A stretch of 64,000 nucleotides of DNA. Origin: Alkalispirochaeta sp. (lineage in GTDB: Bacteria; Spirochaetota; Spirochaetia; DSM-27196; Alkalispirochaetaceae). The notes under the pieces were generated by a model. The model searched no databases. It was not told where the DNA came from and was given only the letters and a program-made list of their open reading frames with translations. Position numbers and translations under genes: made by a program. Of this stretch, positions 9,793 to 18,261 are shown piece by piece (positions within the stretch are counted from its first letter, which is position 1; every line of letters starts with the position of its first letter). The stretch is taken from the NCBI GenBank assembly GCA_965601925.1, contig OZ271854.1:256001-320000 (forward strand), given 5' to 3'.

Positions 9793-10572
9793 TTACGCGA
9801 GCGCGCGATGAACAACACCGGCGGCCGCATCGATTGCGACGGATGGAATCTCGTGTCGACCTTCAAACGGGGACCATTCGACGGGAATCCCGAGTGAGGT
9901 TATCGCGTCGCGTAACGCTTCACCTTCACTGAGAGCGAGTACCGCGTCGGAGGTCCCGTGACTCTGAAAAACCGCCGGCGCATATCGAAGAGGCGGGGCT
10001 GTCGGGCTACTCTTCCACCACGGCTCGGCAACGAGTGCGCCGGAAAAGAGAAGCACCGCGGCCGGTAGCGGAAGGCGTCGATCGACCACTCCCTGCCGGA
10101 GTATCTCGGCGGCGACCATCGCGCCCTGACTGAATCCGCCGAGCACACAGTGACTCCAATCGACACCGTGTGCGTCCAACAATTGGCGCACCTCCTCGGC
10201 GGCCCGTCGTAACCCCTCGGGAACCAACGACCGTAAGCGTATGAAGTATCCGCCAAAGAGCGCCTGCTCGAGGGATTCCGTATCCCGGGGAAACCACGCT
10301 CTCCCGTAAGACATTCCCGCGACGGTAACGGGGACCGGCGCGTGGGGGAAAAACCAGCGCCGAGCCAGGCCCAACTGCGGCGCCAACCCCACCAGATCGT
10401 GCGCACTCGCACCGAACCCATGGAGCAGGCATCCACTCCAACCCTCGCGCCATCCCGGAGAGTCGTGTGTACCGCCGGGCGGCGTGACGCCGGAAAGGTC
10501 GAGTTCGACGTGGGAGAGGTCGCTCAGAACGTGCCGTCCCGTGAACCGGAGATCGAGTCGCGCACCAACCAC
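9793..10572 (-). CDS. Alpha/beta hydrolase (phospholipase/carboxylesterase)
   Basis: LHGFGA, GFSQG nucleophile elbow, HGTSD, GRHEI; start uncertain, probably near 10527. Confidence 0.85.
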   Translation of the reverse strand: MVGARLDLRFTGRHVLSDLSHVELDLSGVTPPGGTHDSPGWREGWSGCLLHGFGASAHDLVGLAPQLGLARRWFFPHAPVPVTVAGMSYGRAWFPRDTESLEQALFGGYFIRLRSLVPEGLRRAAEEVRQLLDAHGVDWSHCVLGGFSQGAMVAAEILRQGVVDRRLPLPAAVLLFSGALVAEPWWKSSPTAPPLRYAPAVFQSHGTSDAVLALSEGEALRDAITSLGIPVEWSPFEGRHEIPSVAIDAAAGVVHRALA

Positions 10573-11276
10573 CCGCGACCGGCGACGTACCGACGTATGA
10601 GCGCGGCGGTCGTGTCCACGACGTCCCGGTTCACCCCGCGGATCACCAATCGCGTGCGATAGTCAAAATCGCCGACGACCGGATAACTACCGATGGAAGT
10701 CTCCGGATGGCGAGCCTGCATCTCACTCAGCCAGTCGGCGAAGACGCTCTCGTCCTCCGACAGGTACAACTCCGACGACCACGAGCGATCGAGCGGCGGC
10801 AGGAGCGCGACGATACGTTCCATCTTGTCGGCCAGCGCCCGCGGCAGTCCGGGAAGGACGAATACGTTGTTCCAGCGAATGAGCGGCCATCGTCCCTCGG
10901 CACACCCGAGCACCTCGGTCTCCCGCGGGAGGTCGGCCATGCGGGCCACCATCGGCGAGAGCGGTTCTCCGTAGCGCCCTTTGAGAAAGGCGAGCATCTC
11001 GGGGTGGGTCGTCACCGGAGTATCGAACGCTTCGGCGGCCGCCTCCAGCGTCTTGTCGTCGTGAGTCGGACCGATACCGCCGGCGCTGAACACGTAATCG
11101 TAACCGTCCCTGAGGGCACGGAACGCAGAGGCGATCTCATCTATTTCGTCGCGAACGATGCGAACCTCTCCGGTCCGATATCCTATGCGCGCGAGAGCGG
11201 TCAGCATCAGATGGAGATTCGCTTCGCGAACATCGGCGGAGAGGATTTCGTCCCCGATGAGGAGTATCGCAACCAT
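10524..11276 (-). CDS. CinA N-terminal / molybdopterin-binding domain protein (no PncC domain)
   Basis: AILLIGDEILS, GGIGPTHDDKT, LPGLP; ATG 11276 lies 7 nt after TATAGT. Confidence 0.85.
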   Translation of the reverse strand: MVAILLIGDEILSADVREANLHLMLTALARIGYRTGEVRIVRDEIDEIASAFRALRDGYDYVFSAGGIGPTHDDKTLEAAAEAFDTPVTTHPEMLAFLKGRYGEPLSPMVARMADLPRETEVLGCAEGRWPLIRWNNVFVLPGLPRALADKMERIVALLPPLDRSWSSELYLSEDESVFADWLSEMQARHPETSIGSYPVVGDFDYRTRLVIRGVNRDVVDTTAALIRRYVAGRGWLVRDSISGSRDGTF

Positions 11277-11313
11277 ACTCGCCACTATACGGCGCACCTC
11301 ACTCCGACGACAA

Positions 11314-11818
11314 GCGCGGGGGGGCAGAGGCGCGGAGGATACCGCGCGGGGCAGAGGCGCGGTGGTGACCGCGCGGGGGGGAGGCGCGGTGGTGACCGCG
11401 CGGGGCAGAGGCGCGGTGGTGACCGCGCGGGGGGGAGGCGCGGTGGTGACCGCGCGGGGCAGAGGCGCGGTGGTGACCGCGCGGGGCAGAGGCGCGGTGG
11501 TGACCGCGCGGGGCAGAGGCGCGGTGGTGACCGCGCGGGGCAGAGGCGCGGTGGTGACCGCGCGGGGCAGAGGCGCGGTGGTGACCGCGCGGGGCAGAGG
11601 CGCGGTGGTGACCGCGCGGGGCAGAGGCGCGGTGGTGACCGCGCGGGGCAGAGGCGCGGTGGTGACCGCGCGGGGCAGAGGCGCGGTGGTGACCGCGCGG
11701 GGCAGAGGCGCGGTGGTGACCGCGCGGGGGGCAGAGGCGCGGTGGTGACCGCGCGGGGGGCAGAGGCGCGGTGGTGACCGCGCGGGGGGCAGAGGCGCGG
11801 TGGTGACCGCGCGGGGGG
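11314..11818. repeat. Tandem array of 18 palindromic 27-29 bp units (GCGCGGT-GGTG-ACCGCGC plus GGGGCAGAG linker)
   Basis: Degenerate hairpin at 11330, perfect copies every 27 nt from 11357 to 11708, then every 29 nt (11737, 11766, 11795); no unique spacers. Confidence 0.97.
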
Positions 11819-11824
11819 ATATAA

Positions 11825-11854
11825 TTGACTGTTTTAATCGGATAACCATATCTT
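11825..11854 (+). promoter_or_regulatory. Sigma70-type promoter, probably giving a leaderless transcript
   Basis: TTGACT-N18-TATCTT ending 6 nt before ATG 11861. Confidence 0.55.
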
Positions 11855-11860
11855 AGGCCC

Positions 11861-12436
11861 ATGGAAGTTCGGAACCGGATCACGGAATCGGAACAGTTGA
11901 TTCGCACCGGTCGATACGCCGATGCCATAGAGCTCCTCACGGCCGTGCTCGCCGACGACCCCACCAATTTGACGGCTCTGCTCGATATCGGCATCGCCTT
12001 CACCGAAAACGGACAGAATGATTCCGCCATTCAGGCGCTGGAGTACTACGTGCGTCACGACGAGGCCAACGATCAGGCGTGGGAAGCGCTGGGGTGTGCG
12101 TATCTTCGCAAGAAGGAGTACAAAACAGCTGAGGTGCATCTCGATCGCGCCCGCACCATCAATCCTCAAAATGCAAGCGTGCTCCGAAATCTGAGCGTAC
12201 TTCTCAGCCAAACGGGCCGCGGTCGCGTCGGGTTTACCACGCTCAAAAAGGCGTACGAGATCAATCCGAACGACTATCTGACCACCTACGCCTTGGGCAC
12301 GGCTTACCGCCACCTCGGCCGCTCCGGCGAGGCGCTCCAGCTCTTTGAACGCCTTCAGGCGTTCGAGTATCTACCGACCATTCTTAGGAGGGAGTCGGAG
12401 AAGCATCTTCTGGAGCTCAGCGTGGGGTGGGAGTAG
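11861..12436 (+). CDS. Tetratricopeptide repeat protein
   Basis: About five TPR-like units (AWEALGCAY, INPQNASVLRNLS, INPNDYLTTYALG). Confidence 0.85.
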   Translation: MEVRNRITESEQLIRTGRYADAIELLTAVLADDPTNLTALLDIGIAFTENGQNDSAIQALEYYVRHDEANDQAWEALGCAYLRKKEYKTAEVHLDRARTINPQNASVLRNLSVLLSQTGRGRVGFTTLKKAYEINPNDYLTTYALGTAYRHLGRSGEALQLFERLQAFEYLPTILRRESEKHLLELSVGWE

Positions 12437-12481
12437 CTCCCGCCTCCGTACGGGTATCACCGGACACGAGAAAATCACTCG

Positions 12482-12510
12482 TTGAAAGTGCCCCATAAGC
12501 GAGTTACATT
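12482..12510 (+). promoter_or_regulatory. Sigma70-type promoter
   Basis: TTGAAA-N17-TACATT upstream of TTG 12528. Confidence 0.55.
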
Positions 12511-12527
12511 AACTCCAGGGGCGAAAA

Positions 12528-14714
12528 TTGAAAAAGTCAAGGGTTACCAGTGGCGTTTACTGGGTAGAAGCTCCCCGGTCGGGCCTGCGCATCTTGTGCG
12601 GAACCCCAGCCGACGCCGTCAAGCACCTCATGCGTAGAGGACTCATCCACAAAATCGAACGAAAGGGCGCGCAATGGGAGACCGGACCCAACGCGATTAT
12701 CCTTTCCGACGTGAGTATCCAGAACGGGGACTTTGCCAATCTCTCCGAGTTTCCGGTGCTCCAAATGTTCTACCGTCAGGGAATGATCGTTCCCGGCCAT
12801 CCGAACAATACCGGCGTGAGACCCAAGATTATCGGTGCCCGAGACCAAATCGAGGCGCAACGCGAATACATCTTTCGCGGAACCTACGGGTTGGTCAGCA
12901 TCGAGGAGTTGTCGGCTGCGGGATTGGACGACGCTACGGCGGCGGAATACATGCGAATCAAAAAGATCTTCGCCTTCGGCGAGATCCGTCGTCCCGAGGA
13001 GATGATCGACTTTGTCGTGGTGGACGACGAGCCGGTCGAGATCGCGCCCGAGGTGACGATCGAACGGGTTGCACTTAATACCTACCGCATTTCGGACGGC
13101 GGAGACTCGGTAAAGGTGTCGTTGAATCTGCCGCCGGGCGAGCAGTACGAACCGCCCTACGTCCTCGGGCAGCACAAAATCAAGGGAGAGTACTTCTCGA
13201 TCGTGCATACCGGTGAGGGCGACGGCTGGGATAGTACGAGGCCGTGCATGGCCAGCATTCTCGTCTTTCAGGGACGCATATATCTCATCGACGCCGGCCC
13301 CAGCGTGATGCATACGCTCAACTCCGTCGGCATGAGCGTCAACCAGATAGACGGGATCTTCCATACCCACGCCCACGACGACCATTTTGCCGGATTGACA
13401 TCACTGGTGCGCGCGGACCACCGTCTGCCCTATTTCGCCGCCCCAATGGTACGCGCTTCGGTCATGAAGAAGCTGTCCGCTCTCATGTCGTTTCCTGAGG
13501 GGCAGTTTGAGCGCTACTTCGTTCCCCACGACCTTACACCCGATACGTGGAACATGATTCAAGGGTTGGAGGTGATGCCGGTCTTCTCTCCCCACCCGGT
13601 CGAGACGACGGTGATGTTCTTCCGCGCCCTGTGGCAAGGCGGCTACAAGACCTATGCACACTTTGCGGACACGTGCTCCATGCAGCAACTCGATCGTTTG
13701 ATGTCCGGCGGGGACAAGACGAGCCGTGCGATTTTGGACCGTGTTCGTCACAACTACTCGATCCCGGTAGATATCAAGAAGCTCGATATCGGCGGAGGAA
13801 TGATCCACGGTGTCGCGGAAGACTTCTGTGACGATCAATCGGCGCGGATCGTGCTCAGCCACACCTCGCTGCCCCTCACGCTGCGGGAAAAGGAGATCGG
13901 TGCCGACACCTCCTTCGGCATGGCCGACGTCCTGATTCATTCGGCGAACAAACAGCCCGAAGCTTCCATCAGGTATCTCCTCCGACAAAACTATCCCGCG
14001 GTACCCGATCACGACATCGCGCTTCTCGCCAACTGTCCGACGCGCACCTTGACGATCGGTTCCATCCTGATCAAGAAGGACGGCCACGTCGACGCGATCT
14101 ATCTTCTGACAAACGGCCTGGTAGAGACGGTCGAGTCGGAGACCAATACGCACAACATCGTCACCGCGGGATCGATGATCGGCGAACGCAATTGCCTCCT
14201 CGGCGAAATATCCAAGCGTACCTATCGCGCCGCCAGCTTCATTCGAGTGGTGGAGATACCGCGGGACCTGTACCGTTCGTTTATCGAGCGTAACGACCTC
14301 GAGGAGGCGATGCGCGAGTACTTGGAGCGCAAGTATTTTCTCGAGGGAACCTATCTCTTTGGAGACAGGATTTCCGGAGCGACGCGCAACGCGATCACTC
14401 ATGCGTTGGACGAGCGTACGGCTGCCGCGGGAGAACGTATCGTTCCCGACGACTCGATCGTTGCGGTTGCGGAGGGTACGATCGATGTACACTGCGGTGA
14501 ACGGCATATATACACTGCGCGGCCGAGCGAGGTCATAGGCGGAATGCGACTATTGAGAGACGATCGCCCGGAAACTGCCTATGTCGCGCGTAAGGCGTGT
14601 CGGTACTATCTCATTCCGTGTGCGGTTGTAGAGGAGATACCGATCGTACGGTGGAAACTTCTGGAACAGATAAACCGAACGATGCGCTCGTGCATATCGA
14701 CATTTCAAGGGTAG
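12528..14714 (+). CDS. Metallo-beta-lactamase-fold hydrolase with two C-terminal cNMP-binding-like domains
   Basis: LIDAG, THAHDDH (HxHxDH), SPHPVET, FADT; C-terminal IYLLTNGLVE...GSMIGE. Confidence 0.8.
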   Translation: MKKSRVTSGVYWVEAPRSGLRILCGTPADAVKHLMRRGLIHKIERKGAQWETGPNAIILSDVSIQNGDFANLSEFPVLQMFYRQGMIVPGHPNNTGVRPKIIGARDQIEAQREYIFRGTYGLVSIEELSAAGLDDATAAEYMRIKKIFAFGEIRRPEEMIDFVVVDDEPVEIAPEVTIERVALNTYRISDGGDSVKVSLNLPPGEQYEPPYVLGQHKIKGEYFSIVHTGEGDGWDSTRPCMASILVFQGRIYLIDAGPSVMHTLNSVGMSVNQIDGIFHTHAHDDHFAGLTSLVRADHRLPYFAAPMVRASVMKKLSALMSFPEGQFERYFVPHDLTPDTWNMIQGLEVMPVFSPHPVETTVMFFRALWQGGYKTYAHFADTCSMQQLDRLMSGGDKTSRAILDRVRHNYSIPVDIKKLDIGGGMIHGVAEDFCDDQSARIVLSHTSLPLTLREKEIGADTSFGMADVLIHSANKQPEASIRYLLRQNYPAVPDHDIALLANCPTRTLTIGSILIKKDGHVDAIYLLTNGLVETVESETNTHNIVTAGSMIGERNCLLGEISKRTYRAASFIRVVEIPRDLYRSFIERNDLEEAMREYLERKYFLEGTYLFGDRISGATRNAITHALDERTAAAGERIVPDDSIVAVAEGTIDVHCGERHIYTARPSEVIGGMRLLRDDRPETAYVARKACRYYLIPCAVVEEIPIVRWKLLEQINRTMRSCISTFQG

Positions 14715-14715
14715 T

Positions 14716-15288
14716 ATGGCGCGTATGGAGTACGATATAGCCGCAAATGCACGCATCGCGCAGGGGGCTACGCTACGGTCCCTCGGAGATCGCCGCCCGG
14801 CCGTCGGAGCCGACGTCGTGATTATGGAAGGGGTGCGCGTCGTCGGTGACGTACGCCTGGGCGACGGGGTAAACCTTTGGTACAACACCGTAATTCGCGG
14901 CGACGTTCACTGGGTGCGTATCGGCGACGACACGAACATTCAGGACAACTCGGTCCTGCACGTCACCCACGATCGCTTCCCCCTTACCATAGGTGCGCGC
15001 GTCACCGTCGGTCACGCGGCTCGTCTTCACGGCTGTACGATAGAGGACGAAAGCCTCATCGGTATCGCGGCTACGGTTCTCGACGGTGCGGTCGTTGAAC
15101 GCCACGCAATGGTCGCCGCCGGTGCCGTAGTCGTTCCCGGCACGGTCGTAGAATCCGGCTCCTTGGTAGCCGGCGTGCCCGCGCGCGTCATCCGTCGTCT
15201 ACGCGACGAGGAGATCGCGGATCTGCCGATGAGCGCTCGGCGCTATCGAGGCTACGCCGCCGAGCACGCGGCGCATATGCGCGAGTAG
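14716..15288 (+). CDS. Gamma carbonic anhydrase family (hexapeptide repeat) protein
   Basis: VIRGDV, NIQDNSVLH, TVGHAARLHGC; likely start is ATG 14725. Confidence 0.92.
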   Translation: MARMEYDIAANARIAQGATLRSLGDRRPAVGADVVIMEGVRVVGDVRLGDGVNLWYNTVIRGDVHWVRIGDDTNIQDNSVLHVTHDRFPLTIGARVTVGHAARLHGCTIEDESLIGIAATVLDGAVVERHAMVAAGAVVVPGTVVESGSLVAGVPARVIRRLRDEEIADLPMSARRYRGYAAEHAAHMRE

Positions 15289-15296
15289 CGGCGGTG

Positions 15297-16025
15297 CTAT
15301 ACCGCACGGGCGACGATGATCTGCGTGCCGCTGTCGGAGGAGAACGGAGTACGGTCGTACCATCCGTAGCGGTCGACAACCGAAAAACCGGCCGACTTCA
15401 GGATGAGCAGCATCTCTTCGGGAAAGAACATCCGCAAACCGTGCTCGACCATGGTGGTCTCCTCCGCCGATTCGATATACCAGGTGAGGTCGAGAATCTG
15501 CCGGTCCGCCCGGTAGCGGCACCGCTCATAGACGACGACATTCGTGATTTCTTGGTGAATCCTCTCCAAGCTGTCGCTCTCGCGGGCGAGGAGACGCGGG
15601 TTGGGGTTGTGGAGTGCAAAACATAGCGTTCCGTTGCGATTCAAGCTCCGACGGATGTTCGAGAGACACGTCACCACCTCGTCGGTATCGTGCAGATGCG
15701 AGAGGCTGTGGAGCGGAATCAACACGAGTGAGAACCGGTCGTCCGAGTCCATAGCGCACATGTCGCGCTCTACGAAACGCGGATTTTCCGCCGAAAGGCG
15801 TGCGGAGGTCGCTCGCGCACGGGCCGCGTCGAGCATTGCGGCACTTTTGTCGATTCCGACGATCTCGATTCCCGCTCGGGCGAGGGGCACCGTCACTCTA
15901 CCGGTACCGCATGCGAGCTCGCACACACGCCCGCCGGAGTTCTGCGCGACGTCAAGATAGAACGAGATATCCTCGGTAAAGCGATCGTACACGGTGTCGT
16001 ACAATCGGGGTTGCTCATATAGCAT
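15297..16025 (-). CDS. Class I SAM-dependent methyltransferase
   Basis: ELACGTGR, GIDKSAAML; start ATG 16025 or 16034. Confidence 0.88.
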   Translation of the reverse strand: MLYEQPRLYDTVYDRFTEDISFYLDVAQNSGGRVCELACGTGRVTVPLARAGIEIVGIDKSAAMLDAARARATSARLSAENPRFVERDMCAMDSDDRFSLVLIPLHSLSHLHDTDEVVTCLSNIRRSLNRNGTLCFALHNPNPRLLARESDSLERIHQEITNVVVYERCRYRADRQILDLTWYIESAEETTMVEHGLRMFFPEEMLLILKSAGFSVVDRYGWYDRTPFSSDSGTQIIVARAV

Positions 16026-16048
16026 ACGATTCATACTATTATCCCGCA

Positions 16049-17455
16049 GTGACAACTTCAACAAAACCGACGAACATCGTGATCGTGGGCGCCTCGGGAG
16101 ATCTTACCAGAAAAAAGCTTCTTCCGGCGCTTTTTAGTCTTTTTTGCAACGACTTGTTGCCCGAACGGTTCCACGTCGTGGGCTTCGCTCGCTCACCGAT
16201 GAGCGAGAAAGAGTTTCGGGACGGTGTCGCGAAGACGCTTACATGCCGCTACGAGCCGGAGCCGAGTCAATGCGATGTCAAAGTCGGGCAATTTCTCAAG
16301 CGCTGCTACTACCACGCGGGGCAGTACGACAACGCGGACGATTTTCGCGCTCTCGGCAGGCGGTTGGAGTTTTTAAACGGCCCACACGCCAACATGCTTA
16401 TGTACATGGCGATTCCTCCGAGTGTGTTCCTATCCACGGCGCGCTCCATCCGCGAGGCCGGCCTCTCCGACGAGGCGACGCGCGACTGGTCGCGGGTCGT
16501 GATTGAGAAGCCCTTCGGACGCGACACGGAGAGCTCCTTGGAGTTGACGCGGGCGTTGAGCGAGATATTCACCGAGGAGCAAACCTATCGGATCGACCAC
16601 TACCTGGGAAAAGAGGTTATCCAAAACTTGATGATTCTGCGGTTCGGCAATCGTATCTTCGAGCCGATATGGAATCGCGACCATATCGAATCGATATCGA
16701 TCGCATTCTCCGAGAAGATCGGTCTCGAAGGTCGTGCCGGGTACTTCGACCGCTTCGGGATCATTCGTGACGTCCTTCAGAACCATCTACTCCAGACGAT
16801 GGCGCTCATCGCGATGGAGCAACCGATTCGGCTCGACGCGCGGGAAATCGCCGAAGAAAAGACCAAGCTTCTGCGCGCCACCTCGCCTATGGACACCGGT
16901 ACCACGATCACCGGCCAGTACAAAGGGTATCTCGACGATCCGGATGTGCCGGACGATTCTATTACCGAGACGTTCGTGGCGACGACGCTCTGTATCAACA
17001 CTCCGCGTTGGTACGGTGTACCGTTCCATCTAAGCGCGGGCAAGGCGTTGGATACGCAGAAGACGGAGATCCTCATTCAATTTCGCGATCTGCCGTACTC
17101 ACTCTTTTCCGGGGTCGCGGCCAACTGTCTACGGATACGCGTGCAGCCCAACGAGGCGATCGAGCTTATCGTCAATAATAAGGTACCGGGCATGGCATTG
17201 AAGTCGGCCGCCGTGAACCTCAACATGCTCTACCACGAAGCGTTCGAGACGCAACTTCCCGAGGCGTATGAGCGATTGCTCCTCGATGTGCTGCGCGGCG
17301 ACCGCTCCTTGTTTATCCAAAAGCAGGAGCTTGCCGCGGCGTGGGAGGTCGTTACCCCGGCACTCAAACGCATCGAGGGGGAACGTATTAAGCCGTACGA
17401 GTACTCACACGGCAGCGGCGGACCGGCCGTTCGAAACTCCGAGAAGGGGCTGTAG
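16049..17455 (+). CDS. zwf: Glucose-6-phosphate 1-dehydrogenase (plastid-like type)
   Basis: GASGDL, EKPFG, RIDHYLGKE, IRDVLQNHL, AYERLLLD. Confidence 0.97.
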   Translation: MTTSTKPTNIVIVGASGDLTRKKLLPALFSLFCNDLLPERFHVVGFARSPMSEKEFRDGVAKTLTCRYEPEPSQCDVKVGQFLKRCYYHAGQYDNADDFRALGRRLEFLNGPHANMLMYMAIPPSVFLSTARSIREAGLSDEATRDWSRVVIEKPFGRDTESSLELTRALSEIFTEEQTYRIDHYLGKEVIQNLMILRFGNRIFEPIWNRDHIESISIAFSEKIGLEGRAGYFDRFGIIRDVLQNHLLQTMALIAMEQPIRLDAREIAEEKTKLLRATSPMDTGTTITGQYKGYLDDPDVPDDSITETFVATTLCINTPRWYGVPFHLSAGKALDTQKTEILIQFRDLPYSLFSGVAANCLRIRVQPNEAIELIVNNKVPGMALKSAAVNLNMLYHEAFETQLPEAYERLLLDVLRGDRSLFIQKQELAAAWEVVTPALKRIEGERIKPYEYSHGSGGPAVRNSEKGL

Positions 17456-17456
17456 C

Positions 17457-18254
17457 GTGTCCGTTGAGTTCGTTCGTTTTGAGACTGAGAAGCGCGCGGG
17501 CGACGCCCTTTACAATGAGATCCGTCGCTATCTTGTCGATGCGCCGGGTTATAACGAGGCCGACTCGGACGGAAGCGTCGGCAGCCGCACCGCGACATCG
17601 CCCTTCGTGGTCATGTTGGCAGGCGGGTCGACGCCAATGGGGGTATACCACCGTTTGGCGGAGGAGCCGCCGAACCGTCTCCACCCGGCGGCGCACGTGA
17701 TGGTCTCCGACGACCGATACGTGCCGATAGACGATCCCCGGTCCAACGTCGGGAACATTCTTCCCACGACCCACGCCTTGGGACTGCCCGATACGCGATT
17801 TATTCACGTCGACGCGACGCTCCCGATAGAGGAGGCGGTCGCCGGCTACGCTCGCCGGATACGCACTCTGGCGGCGCGGCACGCTCTTTTTGCGTTGGGG
17901 ATTCTCGGCATCGGGGCCGACGGGCATACCGCCAGCCTCTTCTCCGCCGACATGGTAGATTCGATCAATGGGCGCGAAACGCGTACCGTCGAGCCGGGCA
18001 GCGGCGTCCTTCTCACCGAACACACCTATCCTTTGGCGCTCCATACCGGCCGGCACGACGGCGTCGAGCGGGTCTCGGCCGGCACGGCGGTATTGCTTTC
18101 GTTCCGCAAGCTCATCTTCTTTGCCACCGGAGCGGGAAAACGAGACGTCCTGTACGAGATAAGCCGCCGACCGGAGGGCTACGCCGCGGGAAGGCTCTTG
18201 CTTCAACACCCAAATGCGTACATATGGACCGATGAGGCGCCTCGTGTCGGTTGA
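17457..18254 (+). CDS. pgl: 6-phosphogluconolactonase
   Basis: LAGGSTP, DDRYVP...SN, LGIGADGHTASLF, ATGAGK; GTG 17457 directly after zwf. Confidence 0.85.
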   Translation: MSVEFVRFETEKRAGDALYNEIRRYLVDAPGYNEADSDGSVGSRTATSPFVVMLAGGSTPMGVYHRLAEEPPNRLHPAAHVMVSDDRYVPIDDPRSNVGNILPTTHALGLPDTRFIHVDATLPIEEAVAGYARRIRTLAARHALFALGILGIGADGHTASLFSADMVDSINGRETRTVEPGSGVLLTEHTYPLALHTGRHDGVERVSAGTAVLLSFRKLIFFATGAGKRDVLYEISRRPEGYAAGRLLLQHPNAYIWTDEAPRVG

Positions 18255-18261
18255 CCGAGAT

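Noticed and set aside
11314..11818. CRISPR array
   Set aside because: Linkers are 9-11 nt and near-identical, there are no unique spacers, and no cas genes are in the window.
10524..12030. Repeat-peptide ORFs ([36 protein letters not shown]) and a repeat-CinA fusion
   Set aside because: The 27-bp GC-rich unit has no stop codon in these frames, so open frames are expected; the CinA-like gene has its own promoter and ATG at 11276.
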